Positions 13,681-25,251 of a stretch of 64,000 nt of DNA are shown here, piece after piece. The stretch spans positions 18,042,001-18,106,000 of the forward strand of contig NC_059440.1 in assembly GCF_021028975.2 (NCBI RefSeq), in the 5' to 3' direction. The notes beneath the pieces were generated by a model. That model was not told the DNA's origin. It made no database searches and worked only from the letters and a program-made list of their open reading frames with translations. Source of the stretch: Sphaerodactylus townsendi (lineage: Eukaryota). How positions within the stretch are numbered: the stretch's first letter is position 1; each line of letters begins with the position of its first letter. The translations under genes and the position numbers were made by a program.

Positions 13681-15900
13681 TCACCCGTTCTATAGCACCC
13701 ATGATTGAAGACAACTGCCGTGTGCTTTCTGCAAAAGCCTGTCTGAATTGCCCCGCCTCATGTCTTCGATGCTCCTCCTCTTGTCTTTTTTTGCTGTGCC
13801 TCCTCCTTTCTGTGCTGTGCCTCCACGTCTCCTTGATCCACCATTGCACGTGCGAAGCCAGCCAGGACACCCACGCGACGGAGTCTTCTCTTCTCCAGCA
13901 ACGCACGTGTAACCCCCATGCCCAGAATGGGTTGAACCAGTAAGGGGGTGGAGACTCAGAGCAGCAGAAAGGCTGCAGAGCTCTTTGGAGAAGACAAGGC
14001 TACCAGACTCGGACCTTGATTTCTATAAGCCCTTAACACCTTGTTAAGGGTTTCTTTTTTGTGGTTGTAATGGGTGAGAGTTCTCCTGGAAACCTTCATC
14101 ATGTTGCATCCTGTTCATCAAGCCCTTGGAGTCTTCAGGAGCCAACCCACTTGCAAAGAAGAATTAGACTTGGCAGTATCAGTAGACTGTAACTAGAAGG
14201 ACTTGAAATGCAACCTGAACAGGACCTTGAATTGTAATGTTAAATGTTGATGTTTAATGTTATTTGTAAAGAGAAGTAAACTGTTTTGTTTAAATTTGGT
14301 TCTTTGCAACTCCTTCCAAGTACTGCCCCACAGAACCCACAAGCTGAGGTTACACACGGCGTTCTGGTGATGTCTCAACCCAGGGTTGTCCCATTTGTGT
14401 ACCTGTGCAGTAAACAGCAGTGAGCAGCAGAAAAAAGGACGGCTAGATCATGTTTCCACACCACCTTTATAATTTTCTTATTGTGTAGTGCTACTTGATA
14501 TCATGGAGGCTATTCGCAGACAGCAATAAAACAAGGGCACTGTACCGCTTTTTTCCCCCTGTAGGAATGCATAACTTGGGAAAGGGCATGTGTACTGCAG
14601 GAGACAAAGTTTTCCACAGACCACGAAGCAAAGTTAGCAACGTGGCAGAAGCTGCCGTACCTTCCAACTGACTGGTACTGCCCTGGTCAGCATTTATAGC
14701 TCCCTCTTGTAGCTGTGAAACATTGCTTTGCGGGTTGTTCTGCAGACACGGACCTGTGAGAGATGGGTTGAGGAGGGCTACCATGATAAGAACTGTATTG
14801 AACTGCTGCATGCCAATGGAAGGTTAATGTAGTGCAGAAATGCCTCCACATCACATCCCTGAGCACTGCCCAATGGACACTCAATCTCTACTAGTCAGCG
14901 AGCCCTCCTAGAACTGATCACACATGTAGCTTGTCAGAGTTACACAAGAATACACTCACCCTGCATCATAGCATTGTCAATCTGAGTTGCATCTTCCTGT
15001 GTTGATGTGTCGCCATCGGTTCCTGTGTCGGAGGAGGAAGAGGGAGTTTATTAAGTTTGAAAGAGTGTGGCAACACAAGTCCTTATCTCGTGCTCGGGGA
15101 GGGGGGGCTGCCTGTCCGACACGGAGAATGGGAACAGCGTGAGCAGAGAACCTTAGCCAGTAGTCTGGACAGTGCCCAAGGGGTGGGTGGGAAGGGAACG
15201 TGGGGCCACTAGCAGGAATGTCCTACCTGCTATTGCAGTAAGGCCATTAGACATGACTGTCCCAAGATGCAGGAGACTGGCCATAGAAGAGATTGGGGTG
15301 CTTACCAGATGCCAGTAGAGATGGACTACTGGCAAGGATGGCCGATTCATCCATGATCTGCAACGTTGATTGAGAGACGGGTTGCACATTCGATGCAGTG
15401 TGAGAAGTACTGTTGGCCGCAACACACACCGTTGCTCTCAGTTGTTCGGGGGGATTGACATTTCTGTCATCAATCAGTATGCTGTCCGGCTCATTGTAGA
15501 ATGGCATCGTTTTTGGACTGTTCCCCGAAACCCTGTTGTGCTGAGCAACACGCTTAAAGTCCCTCTTAAGCGCCTTTGCCTTTGTGCGGCACTCTGTCGC
15601 AGTCCTCTTGTGGCCCCTTCTGTTCATCCCTGCCGCAACCTTTTGGAACACATCCATGTTACGATAGCTGCTCTTCAGTGACTTCTGCACTTCCTGTTCT
15701 CCCCATATTCCAATTAGATCTCTTGTTTCTGCTTCCTGCCACGCAACACCTCTACCCTTGTTGGCAGGCCCTGTGAATCCCACAGAGGTGTCAGACGCAG
15801 CACTCCCCGCCACGGGCAAGTTTGTATTGCTGGTTTGCATGTGAGCAGCTCCAGATATGATGTATGTCAACCTTGGGAGAGAGTAAGGGGGATAGTGCAT
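13681..15900 (-). pseudogene. Harbinger Myb/SANT (trihelix, MSANTD-like) DNA-binding protein, disrupted
   Basis: The domain reads WQEAETRDLIGIW..VFQKVAAGM..RTATECRTKAKALKRDF..MPFY. Exons are 15900-15306, 15022-14960, 14753-14661 and 14402-(LTR)-13681, all with GT-AG phase-1 introns. There is an LTR insertion and a +1 frameshift in the A7 run at 13786-13792. Confidence 0.8.
13908..14354 (+). mobile_element. Solo LTR (Gypsy- or ERV-type), 447 bp
   Basis: TGTAACC...GGTTACA inverted termini, exact 4-bp TSD CACG (13904-13907 and 14355-14358), internal TATAA near 14025 and AGTAAA near 14275. Confidence 0.85.
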
Positions 15901-17172
15901 ATCTGTTCGTTTGAAGCAACGTGAAATCAGTGTCAGTGCAACGACGGTCTTCTGCAAATGGTTAAAAAAAAAAGCTCAGCACACGCTCTGTGATTGGACG
16001 GGACTCCCGTGTGGCGGGAGAACCAAACACGAATTCGGCCCCTGACATTCCCCACTTATCCAACGTATCCAGCGTTGGGGGGCGTGTTAATTAAAAAGTT
16101 GAACTTCGAAGCAGCGTCGGTAAAAGTGCTTGATTACGCAGGGCACACACATTAGAATCTGTTGTTGGCACGTATGTAGTGAGGAACGTTGAATCGATCC
16201 GCCTTGTTTTGATGATTTATCCAGCATTAATTTGCCCGTGGGGAATGCGCCTTTGTTTTAATGTGAATTCAAAACACTTCTGCAAAATGACTTCAAATGA
16301 AAGCTCCAACATGAAACGGCCAAACTGGGGTTTACGCAAAGGTTTCACACTCCCTCCATTGCAGAGGTGTAGCAAGGGGGGAAAGCACCTGGTGCACTGG
16401 TGCGTCCTCCGCCCCCGTCCCGCCCCAAACACCCCCAGAATGCCCCGGAACGCCCTTGCCACACCCCCACAGGGGCACGCGCCCAGTGCATCGCACACCC
16501 CCTGTCCCCTTGGAGCTATGCTTTTGCTCCACTGCCCTCTGCTTATTGAATGGAAATGTTGCTGCTATGCCTGAAATCTTACTCTGCCCTCCTGGATGTA
16601 GGCACTGTTTCAATTTGTTGTTTTTTCCTGTGAACTGTTGCATGCTCAAAGCGCTTTTCTCCCATTTCCTCATATTTTGGATATGAGAGAGTAAAGCCCG
16701 ACAATCTCCATCGCTGACACGCCTTCTTCATGGCCTTCTGCCAGGGTGTCGAGTATCTCCAACCCAGCAGGGAAACAGGACCAGCTGTTGGCAGGATACT
16801 TCAGTTTGCAAATATTGTTTTATCAAGACACTTTACAACGTTTCTACTAGGAGCGATGGTAAGGGGGAAGGGAGTCTCCACCGAAAGGACCTCTAATGAG
16901 CTTCCTATTGTGGGTTTATAAAGCACTGCTGTTCAGATGGAACCTCTCTGCAGCCCACGTCAATCCTGTTCTTTCAAGTGGACTAAACACGTAACAGTGT
17001 ACAATGGAAAAAGGACAAATATTGAGAGTCAGGGTATTGTTCAAGGCTTTCACGGCCAGAACCAACTGGCTGTTGTGGGATTTCCGGGCCGTGTGACTCA
17101 GTGTGGCGCAGATCACTTCTCCGGATTAGAGATTGCTACTTTTAACCACCACACCATGCTGACCGAGGCAAA

Positions 17173-17333
17173 TGGTGGTTAAACGGTTAAGAGCAGGTGC
17201 ACTTTAATCTGGAGAACCGGGTTTGATTCCCCCCGCTTTGCCACTTGAGCTGCGGAGGCTTATCTGGTGAACCAGATTAGCTTGGCACTCCAACACATGC
17301 CAGCTGGGTGACCTTAGGTTAGTCACAGTTCTT
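17173..17333 (+). mobile_element. Squam3-like SINE, 5' part
   Basis: Same head and core as the other copies. Confidence 0.75.
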
Positions 17334-18269
17334 TTGTCTTTGTTTGAACAGACTGAGAGATGCCATGTGAGAGGGAGAACACCACGATGTGATCACGAGG
17401 CTAGATAGACAAGATGTAACCAAGTGTAGTACTGTAGAAATTCAAGTAACCCTCCCTAACAGATAGTAAACTCATTTATACATAAGCAACTGAGAATCTG
17501 TCTCTTTTGTCCTACTCTGCTAATTTGCATATTGAATTTACCTAACAGTTTCCTAACCTGGATCCAGCAACCCTACCCACCTCCAGGAGTTTCCCAGCCT
17601 GGCAACCGAAAATGTCAAACCTCACCATCAGACAATGGTCCGTGGGAAGGACATGCAAGCAGGTGAGGATATGGATGGGCTGTAAGGAAGGCACGAGGGC
17701 GGGTCCCGGTAGTAGGCGGAGGAAGATGAGGTAGGACCCCTGGCCCCTATCTATCCGGGACCCCCCAAAATTTGAAAATGGTCCTGATTGTATCCTTCAT
17801 CCCTGGAGCCTCCCCAATTTGAGATACAATGAATCATCCCTGTTCTACAGGCCATCCTCCCTTGCTGAGTTGGCACGTGGAGGTAGTTGGCAATCCCAGA
17901 AGCTGCTAGACAGAAGGGCAGAGCAGGAAGCAAAGACAGATCTTCTCTCAACAGCTGTCAAAGCAGGGAAACGGAGGGGCCCCACCTACTCGCAAAGAAT
18001 TCCTCCCTGAGAGTGCCATGATAAGCAGAAAATGCCAATCAGGATAATCTTGCCTGGTGCTCTTCTGCTTTGGCTAGCATTTCTGTTGCACACGTAAACT
18101 CCTGATGCAAGATGTTTCTTTCCCTTTGCTGCCCTGGCCCTTCCTTCCAGCTTCCTGGAAATGCGACCAGACAGCAAGGCACCGTAGCTGCAATCAAATC
18201 AGAAGGGTTCTGGTCACTCCCCAAAGTCTAGAATTGGGAGCATTTGCAGAGTTTCCCATCCTTTCCATC

Positions 18270-19043
18270 CAGTGGAGTACCGCCCAGGGGGACATATGGG
18301 GTCTAATGTCCCCAGGTTGCGGCCATTGACTCACATGGGGGCAGAAACTCGCCCCCACAGCTCCTTATCCTAACTTTGAGATGACCTGGTGCAAAAAAAA
18401 ATTGTTTGGCCGTGGTGGGGAAGGGCAGCTGCCCATGGGAGGGGAGGGGCAGAAAGGTTTTGCACCGGGCTACATTTTCCCTAGATCAGTGATGTCGAAC
18501 CTTTTTGAGACCGAGTGCCCAAACTGCAACCCAAAACCCACTCATTTATCGCAAAGTGCCAACCCGGCAATTTAACCTGAATACTGAGGTTTTAGTTAAG
18601 GAAAAAATGGTTGGCTGAGGCGTGTGTTACTCGGGAGTAAACTTGGTGGTAGTTGTTGGCTTTGCTTTGAAGCAACCATGCAATTCTTCGAACAGGTGAA
18701 TCACGACCCTAGGAGAGTTTACTCAGAAGCAAGCCACATTGCCAGCACATTGTCAGCTTACTCCCAGGTAAAGGATTATGCTTTAGTTCTTTGCATGAAA
18801 ATCAGTGGGGTTTAACAGTGATTAACAGGGTTACCTACACTGCTTCCCCAAAACTAGGTCTTAGGTTAAATGCTAATAATAGAGCCCAGCAGCCCAGGCC
18901 AGCCTAGATGTGTGTGTGTGTGTGGGGGGGAAGCGATTTCCCCCCACATGATGAACTCTGTGCGTGCCCACAGAGAGGGCTCTGAGTGCCACCTCTGGCA
19001 CCCGTGCCATAGGTTCGCCATCACTGCCCTAGATACACCTCTG
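18270..19043 (+). mobile_element. hAT-type MITE carrying a nested hAT MITE
   Basis: CAG...CTG termini and 8-bp TSD TTTCCATC/TTTCCGTC. Related copies lie at 27741-27998 and 49272-50135. Confidence 0.75.
18487..19026 (-). mobile_element. hAT (Charlie-like) MITE, 540 bp
   Basis: TIR CAGTGATG(T/G)CGAACCT matching 15/16, with exact 8-bp TSD CCCTAGAT. Same family as 39567-40022. Confidence 0.9.
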
Positions 19044-19557
19044 TTTCCGTCAAATCTTGACTTGTACATTTCCAACTGTAAATCCCTAATTAAATGGATA
19101 CCCTCCCCTTGTCTGCTCTGGCATCAGCGACCAGCCCTAAACCAGCCTCCAAAAGGAGGGCAGACCTTAGTGGTAAACCATGCTTTCGATGCTGGCATTT
19201 CCAAAGTCATTCCCGCATCTCCACATAAAAAGGCTGCGCATTGCAAGCCAAGGAAAAGCTTTCTGAGAGACACTGCAGAGCTGCTGCCAGTCAGAGCAAC
19301 TGCAGTCGCCTTATAACTAGGGTTGCTAATCTCCAGGTGGGCCCTGGAGACCTCCCATAATAACCAGACTGCAATGATAATTTCCCCTGGACAAAATGGT
19401 TCCTTCCGAAACTGGGCTCTGTGGCATTATGCCTATTGCATTCCTCCACAAAGTCTGCCCCTTCCAGAGTCCAACCACATATCCCCTGGAGCTACTCAAC
19501 CCAGAGTTGGTGGCTGGGCTCATAAGACCATTGGTCAGAACTGAGACAATTTCCCTC

Positions 19558-19965
19558 AGTCATCATGGTGTGGTGGTTAAGAGCAGTAGTCTCTAATCCG
19601 GAGAACTAAGGCCCCTTCCGCACATGCAGAATAATGCACTTTCAGTCCACTTCCACAATTGTTTGGATTTTGCTATTCTGGACAGCTTCAAAGTGCATTG
19701 AAAGTGGATTGAAAGTGCATTATTCTGCGTGTGCGGGAGAGGCCTGAGTTTGATTCCCCATTCATCCACATGAGCGGCAGACGCTAATCTGGTGAGCCAG
19801 GCTTATTTCCCTACACATAAAACCTTCTGGGTGACCTTTGGCCAGCCACAGTTCTCTCAGAACTCTCTCAGCCCCACCTACCTGTTGTGGGGAAAGGAAA
19901 GGATGGAATTTGTAAGCCACTTTGCGACTCCTTACAGCTGAGAAAAGCGAGAGACAAATCCAAAC
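19558..19965 (+). mobile_element. Squam3-like SINE interrupted by a Harbinger MITE
   Basis: The SINE head is split at ggagaac|...|tgagtttgattcccc. Confidence 0.75.
19610..19744. mobile_element. PIF/Harbinger MITE
   Basis: Long TIR GGCCCCTTCCGCACATGCAGAATAATGCACTTTCA with 3-bp flanks TAA/TGA. Same family as 57464-57614. Confidence 0.8.
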
Positions 19966-21050
19966 TATCCTTCATTCTGTGCCTCTGTGTGCATGTGTAA
20001 ACAATGGGATGATCATAATTGGAAGCATTGATTTTCAAAATGTTTATTTTATTGAAGTACTTTTACACCAACGGGCTCAGAATGCACCTCTGCAAATGGT
20101 CCACGAGGCCCGCAGGTTTCTATTCGGCTTGTTGCCACAATCGCCCCTTTGCAATGCTTCAGCTGTCTCTCGACACCCTGTTTTTTGCAACAGACGTCAA
20201 AGGAATTCCTACACACCTAAGCATATGCCGCTCAGAACAGGAGGGGGACGAGAGGAGGTGGGGAAGTCATTCAAAACTATGCATCTTCTCATTGCACAGT
20301 ATTACCACATCTTCCGAGACAAAGGCCCTCTCCGACTGGACGCAAGCTCCCGCACCCCCTCCTGCCATTCTGCTGCTGAGCCTTGTGGCTCTCTGCCATG
20401 GCTCCCCGCCTCCTCTGGCTACCTGCCTGGCCCAGCCTTCCTTGTCGAGGGACTTGTCCTGCAACTGCATTTGATGCTCAGGGACCCTCGCAGCCAAGGA
20501 AGCGGCCCCCTCCCTTCCCCACCGCCTGGGACTGCTCCCTCGTTCTCGGACAGCCACAGAAATCTCAGCAGGTGAGTGAACCTCTCTGTTCGTTCATCCC
20601 CACGGCATAACCACTGGCCCGGCTTGGGCTCCCTGAACTGCGTTCGCCACCAGCCATGTCTTGGGTTTCGTGCCCACAAAGAAGGGATGCTGATGACGTC
20701 AGGATCACAGTCCTGGGGGTGGGGGCCATGGCTGGGATTCTTCAACTGGCTGACACCCATCAATGTCTATACCGTGTTCAGGTTAAAGATGACGGGAGAT
20801 TTGTGGATTCATCCACCATTTCCTGGACTGTTGCTCTTGAATGCTCCGCTTGGATCTTGGTGCCTACCTAGTTCTGTCCCCAAGGCACTAAGACCCAAGT
20901 GGAGCATTCAAGAACAACGATTGAACAACAAACCTAGAAGTGTTAGAGCAGGTAGTAGGCCAGGATTGGCTCGCTGCTGTCATCTGACTTCCAGGACCAG
21001 GAGGATTCTGGGCTGTGGAGCTAATGCATGTGGTCTTTTCCAATAAGATT

Positions 21051-21162
21051 GCTAGTGTGGTGTAGTGGTTACGAGCAGGTGGATTCTAATCTGGACAACC
21101 GGGTTTGATTCCCCACTCCTCCACCTGTTGTGGGGAGAGGAAGGGAAAGAAGCTTGTAAGCC
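21051..21162 (+). mobile_element. Squam3-like SINE, subfamily B, internally deleted
   Basis: Head joined directly to the 3' part, which runs into the gap. Confidence 0.75.
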
Positions 21163-21365
21163 NNNNNNNNNNNNNNNNNNNNNNNNNNNNNNNNNNNNNN
21201 NNNNNNNNNNNNNNNNNNNNNNNNNNNNNNNNNNNNNNNNNNNNNNNNNNNNNNNNNNNNNNNNNNNNNNNNNNNNNNNNNNNNNNNNNNNNNNNNNNNN
21301 NNNNNNNNNNNNNNNNNNNNNNNNNNNNNNNNNNNNNNNNNNNNNNNNNNNNNNNNNNNNNNNNN
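21163..21365. other. Assembly gap
   Basis: Run of N. Confidence 0.99.
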
Positions 21366-21859
21366 GTCCAGGAACCAATGCCTCACCAACAGGAGTCATG
21401 CAGCCCTGTTCACAAGTTACAGTGACCGTAGCAGTCCAATCTGTGTATAGTATACTCTTGATATTTGTTTGCCTGTGTTGACTAATTCCCATGGCATGTT
21501 TGTAGGGTTGCCAGGAGATCTCCCAGAATTACGGTGCATCTCCAGGCAACGGAGATTAGTTCCCCTGGAGAAAAGCGCTGCTTTGGAGGGTGGACACCAA
21601 GGCATTACATTGTGCTGACGTCTCCACCCCAAACCCCACCCTCCCAGACTCCACCTCCAAATTGGCACATGTACAGCTCAACATGTGATTTAAACCCCTT
21701 ATTTATCTAGGTATCGGCCTCTGGTTTAATTTGTTAGGTTGCCACAAAATTTTGGGGATGGCGCCTGAGGAGCGCAAGGTCTGGGGAGGACTATAATGCC
21801 ACAGTGAGACCACACTCCTAAACAGCCAGTTTCTCCAGTGGAACTGATCATTGTCACTA

Positions 21860-22148
21860 GGCCAGTAGTGGTGTAGTGGTGAAGAGCAGATGGATTCTAA
21901 TCTGGAGAACCGGGTTTGATTCCTCACTCCTCCACCTGAGTGGCAGAGTCTTACCTGGTGAACCAGATGTGTTTCCACACTCCTACAATCCTGCTGGGTG
22001 ACCTTGGGCTAGTCACAATTCTCTCAGGACTCCCTCAGCCCCACCTACCTCACAAGGTGTCTGTTGTGGGGAGAGGACGGGAAAGGAGCTTGTAAGCCAC
22101 CTTGGGTCTCCTTACAGGAGAGAAAGGTGGGATATAAATCTTCTTCTA
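21860..22148 (+). mobile_element. Squam3-like SINE, subfamily B, full length
   Basis: Head, ccagatgtgtttccacactcc body, core and (CTT)n tail. Confidence 0.88.
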
Positions 22149-22622
22149 CGCAATCAATTATAATCCCAAGAGATCTCCAGCCAACCCCAGGGGGTTGGCA
22201 ATTCTTTTCTTTTTTTGTAAAGTGGCTCTTTGTTACAAACAAATGTACACATACAGGATGTACACAAGGTTCACTGTAACACCTGACCTAGTGCTGGCAG
22301 TGAGGTTATATGGCTTATGGGCTGGTGATTAATTGAGAGTTTCTCCAGGTGTGGCAAGAGGGCCCTCATGGGAAACGGTTAAACTCCTACCTCCCTTTCT
22401 ACACTTTGATCTCTCGGTTTTAGGACAGGTTCACTTTCACTGACCTTTCGTCAGCTGTTTGACTTGCAAGTAAGACGAGCTGCCTTTGAATTGAGTGAGC
22501 AAGATCCAACCCGCTTGGCTCAACACAGCCTTTTTACCTTAAACTCAACCTCGCTAAAGCAAAGCAGAGCCGTTTGTTGAGGGTTTTCCGGGCTGTGTGG
22601 CCGTGGTCTGGTAGATCTTGTT

Positions 22623-22663
22623 GCTAACGTTTCGTCTGCATCTGTGGCTGGCATCTTCAGAGG
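22623..22663 (-). ncRNA. Minimal hammerhead ribozyme motif, antisense arm
   Basis: Reverse complement is CCT-CTGAAGA-T-GCC-loop-GAC-GAAA-CGTT-AG, with one mismatch in stem II. Confidence 0.55.
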
Positions 22664-22716
22664 TGTATCACAAAGAGACTGGACACAGTGTGTAACAGAC
22701 TTCTCTCTGTGATACA

Positions 22717-22757
22717 CCTCTGAAGATGCCAGCCACAGATGCAGGCGAAACGTTAGC
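22717..22757 (+). ncRNA. Minimal type I hammerhead ribozyme motif (Penelope-associated)
   Basis: CCT-CTGAAGA-T-GCC-loop-GGC-GAAA-CGTT-AG: intact CUGANGA and GAAA core, stem II GCC/GGC, and a palindromic AACGTT in place of stem III. Confidence 0.7.
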
Positions 22758-23355
22758 AACAAGATCTACCAGACCACGGCCACACAGCCTGGAAAAACCC
22801 ACAACACCAATTGAATCCGGCCGTGAAAGCCTTCAACAGTACATCAAAGCAGAGCTGTTTGTGAAGCACTTTGCCACTGGCTCGAAGGCAGAACGTTCCT
22901 CAAGGTGAGCTGTGGTAGAGCTCATATCTGGTCCTGCAGGCAAAATCCCCAGCTGAGGCTGGAATGTATGAACAAAATATAAGACTTCAAAGTATTATAG
23001 TGCTTTGAAATATGACAGCGCTTTGCTCTCAGCATATGTTTGGGAACAGAAGGGAACTGAAGGGTACATTCGGCATTCTCAGCTTTGATTTCTGAGTGCT
23101 TCTGGGAGCATTCCCTTCTTCAAGTATATGGCCATTCATGCATGCACTATCTGCCCTGCAGCTGTTTGCTTTGCAGTGGGTTTTCCCTGTGGGTTTTGGT
23201 TTACACAGGGATTCTTCTCCTGCAAAGTGTTCCTAGTCAAAACCAACTGTTATTTTGCCCACCCACCACTCCCTTGTTATTTTCATGCCACCTTCATTTG
23301 GGAAGGTTTCCTGCCACCTTTTTTGGGTGGGTGGGTGGGTATCTTTGGTCTAGCA

Positions 23356-23470
23356 CACAGGTGTCAAACTCACGGCCCTCCATATGTTATGGACTACAGT
23401 TCCCATCATCCCCTGCCATGCTGGAACTGCAGTCCATAACATCTGGAGGGCCGTGAGTTTGACACCTATG
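23356..23470. mobile_element. Small palindromic hAT MITE
   Basis: TIR CA(C/T)AGGTGTCAAACTCACGGCCCTCCA, near-perfect fold-back, and ctagca-containing flanks. Confidence 0.8.
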
Positions 23471-25251
23471 GCTAGCATCACTTTGCTAGGCCATGTCAAT
23501 TTCATGTCAGTTTCAGAAGGCCTATCACTAGAGCGTTTTTTTTAAAAAAACCTTGAAACAGAGGACCTACTGAGGTGTGAAAACCCAAAGAAAGCCTAAT
23601 GCACACAAATCTCCTTCATTTCCCATAGTCGATGGGCCAGTCACACGAGTTTAGTTAATTGATTGACTGATTTCCCAGCATTTGCAGATGAGAAAAACAA
23701 TTATTCTTTTTAAAATGCACATTTCTGTTTTCGGGGCATGTTCCTTATTTCCGCTTCTCACGCACACAGGAGGGAATACCTATTTTAAGGTGGCATTTGG
23801 TATTGAGGGTTTTTTGAGCATTGAAAAACACACAACCTAATTCATTTTTTTAAAAAAAAACCCTGCTATCTCAGAGGTACCTTTTTATATAGCAACTGAT
23901 ACATTTCAAAATTATTCCTCTTAACAATGTCTTTTTGGCACTGTCCTTCGTATTGTCGAAAAAGGATTAATGTAGAATGACAAAAGGCATCCGGAAACGT
24001 GAAAGAAAACACTTGTGCTCCTTTCTGTAGCGCCAGCCATGTCAGTAACCACAACACTTTGGGCGTTTGACAAAGCAGGAGGGTGATTGCGTTTTTAAAG
24101 TGTCCCTAACGAAATAAGCAAAGGATCTTCTAGTGGCTGAGATAACTCACTCGGCAGTGGTGCGCTGGAGGATCCCGCTTGGCAGGTACGGTTCCCTTCT
24201 TCTGCTTCTTGGGGTGGGCTGAAAACTGGCATACTTGACATACTTGTCGTTCAGGCCCGCCTTCTGTGGAGGGCGAATGTGAATCATCCTTGCTAGTAGA
24301 GCTTAAGCAGGGCGGGTGGTGGAAACAGCTGCCAGAGCCTTGCAGCCATTTAAGGACGAACGCGCTGCTTGCGGCAGATGTTTTCATGGGACCATCAGAG
24401 GGATTTAGTATTTTCAGCTCCTGCTTTTCAGCTGGAAGTGGCTGTCAATGAGGTTCAGAGGAATAAGAAACCGATCAGAGGACATTCAAGTCCAATGCAA
24501 AAGTGATGGGCTTTGTGTGTGATTATCTGGCGTTGGAACCAGGTGTGACGTGAAGGTTCCTGTCTGCTGCCCGGGCTTTCTTTGATGGTCCCAGTGGTCC
24601 TGGGAAGCAGGAGGAAGGGGGCATGAAACCTTACATTCAAGGTGTATGTGCAATACACACGTACAGGGCAGACGGCGAACAGGTGGGAGGTTATCAGCGA
24701 ATGTGAGAAAAACACCCAGCATTCCAGGACAGAGGTGTGTTCCATTACTATGCAGAATGGAAATTTAAACTGGATCCTAGCAAGAGAGTAAATGATCCCA
24801 TCAGAATGGGTGTGGAGCGAGCGCTCTTAGCCGGTGCTGAACTGGCAAAGTCAGATTTCTTTATTTCGGCATTTATACTTTGCTTTTCTCCCTAATGGGG
24901 GTCCAAAGTGGCATTCGACACCCTTCTTCCCACCTTCAGCTGGTCCTCACAGCATCCTTGTGAGGTAGATTAGAGAAGAAGAAACAGGAACTGGCTGAAA
25001 GTCACTCAGCTAGCTCCCATGGCAGAGTGGGGATTTGAACATAGGTCCCCCAGATCTTCGGGTGACATGCTAACCACAGCATCAGGCTCCAATTTAAATC
25101 ATGGTTTGAGGATATGAATTTTTTAAAATGGCAGTTTGCCTGGCTTTTAGCCCCACCTACCTCACAGAGTGTCTCTTGAGGGGAGAGGCAAGAAAAGGAG
25201 ATTGTAAGCCCCTTTGAGTCTCCTTACAGGAGAGAAAGGCAGAGTATAAAT

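Larger units (their letters stand above)
13681..16321 (-). mobile_element. PIF/Harbinger transposon remnant (Myb/SANT half)
   Basis: Contains a spliced Myb/SANT gene. The right end gaaacggcc (16313-16321) matches the GGCCGTTTC TIR of the Harbinger MITE at 41445. Confidence 0.7.
22575..22844. mobile_element. Penelope-like element terminal repeats in inverted arrangement
   Basis: Inverted arms of about 104 bp (22575-22678 and 22702-22806), with a TSD of about 15 bp, AAAGCAGAGC(C/T)GTTT, at 22561 and 22846. Confidence 0.8.

Noticed and set aside
15247-15957. 236-aa Myb/SANT ORF as an intact host gene
   Set aside because: It reads through a splice donor, downstream exons carry an LTR and a frameshift, and a Harbinger-type TIR flanks it.
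17335-17547. Possible LTR fragments (also near 26577-26700)
   Set aside because: Only one terminus-like end and a poly(A)-like word are visible. No TSD or second terminus supports the call.
19922-20575. 217-aa ORF
   Set aside because: It starts at TTG inside a SINE and shows no recognisable domain. Only the weak claudin-like trace is reported.
21860-21930. tRNA genes at SINE heads
   Set aside because: The A/B-box-like heads continue into SINE bodies and do not form complete cloverleaves.
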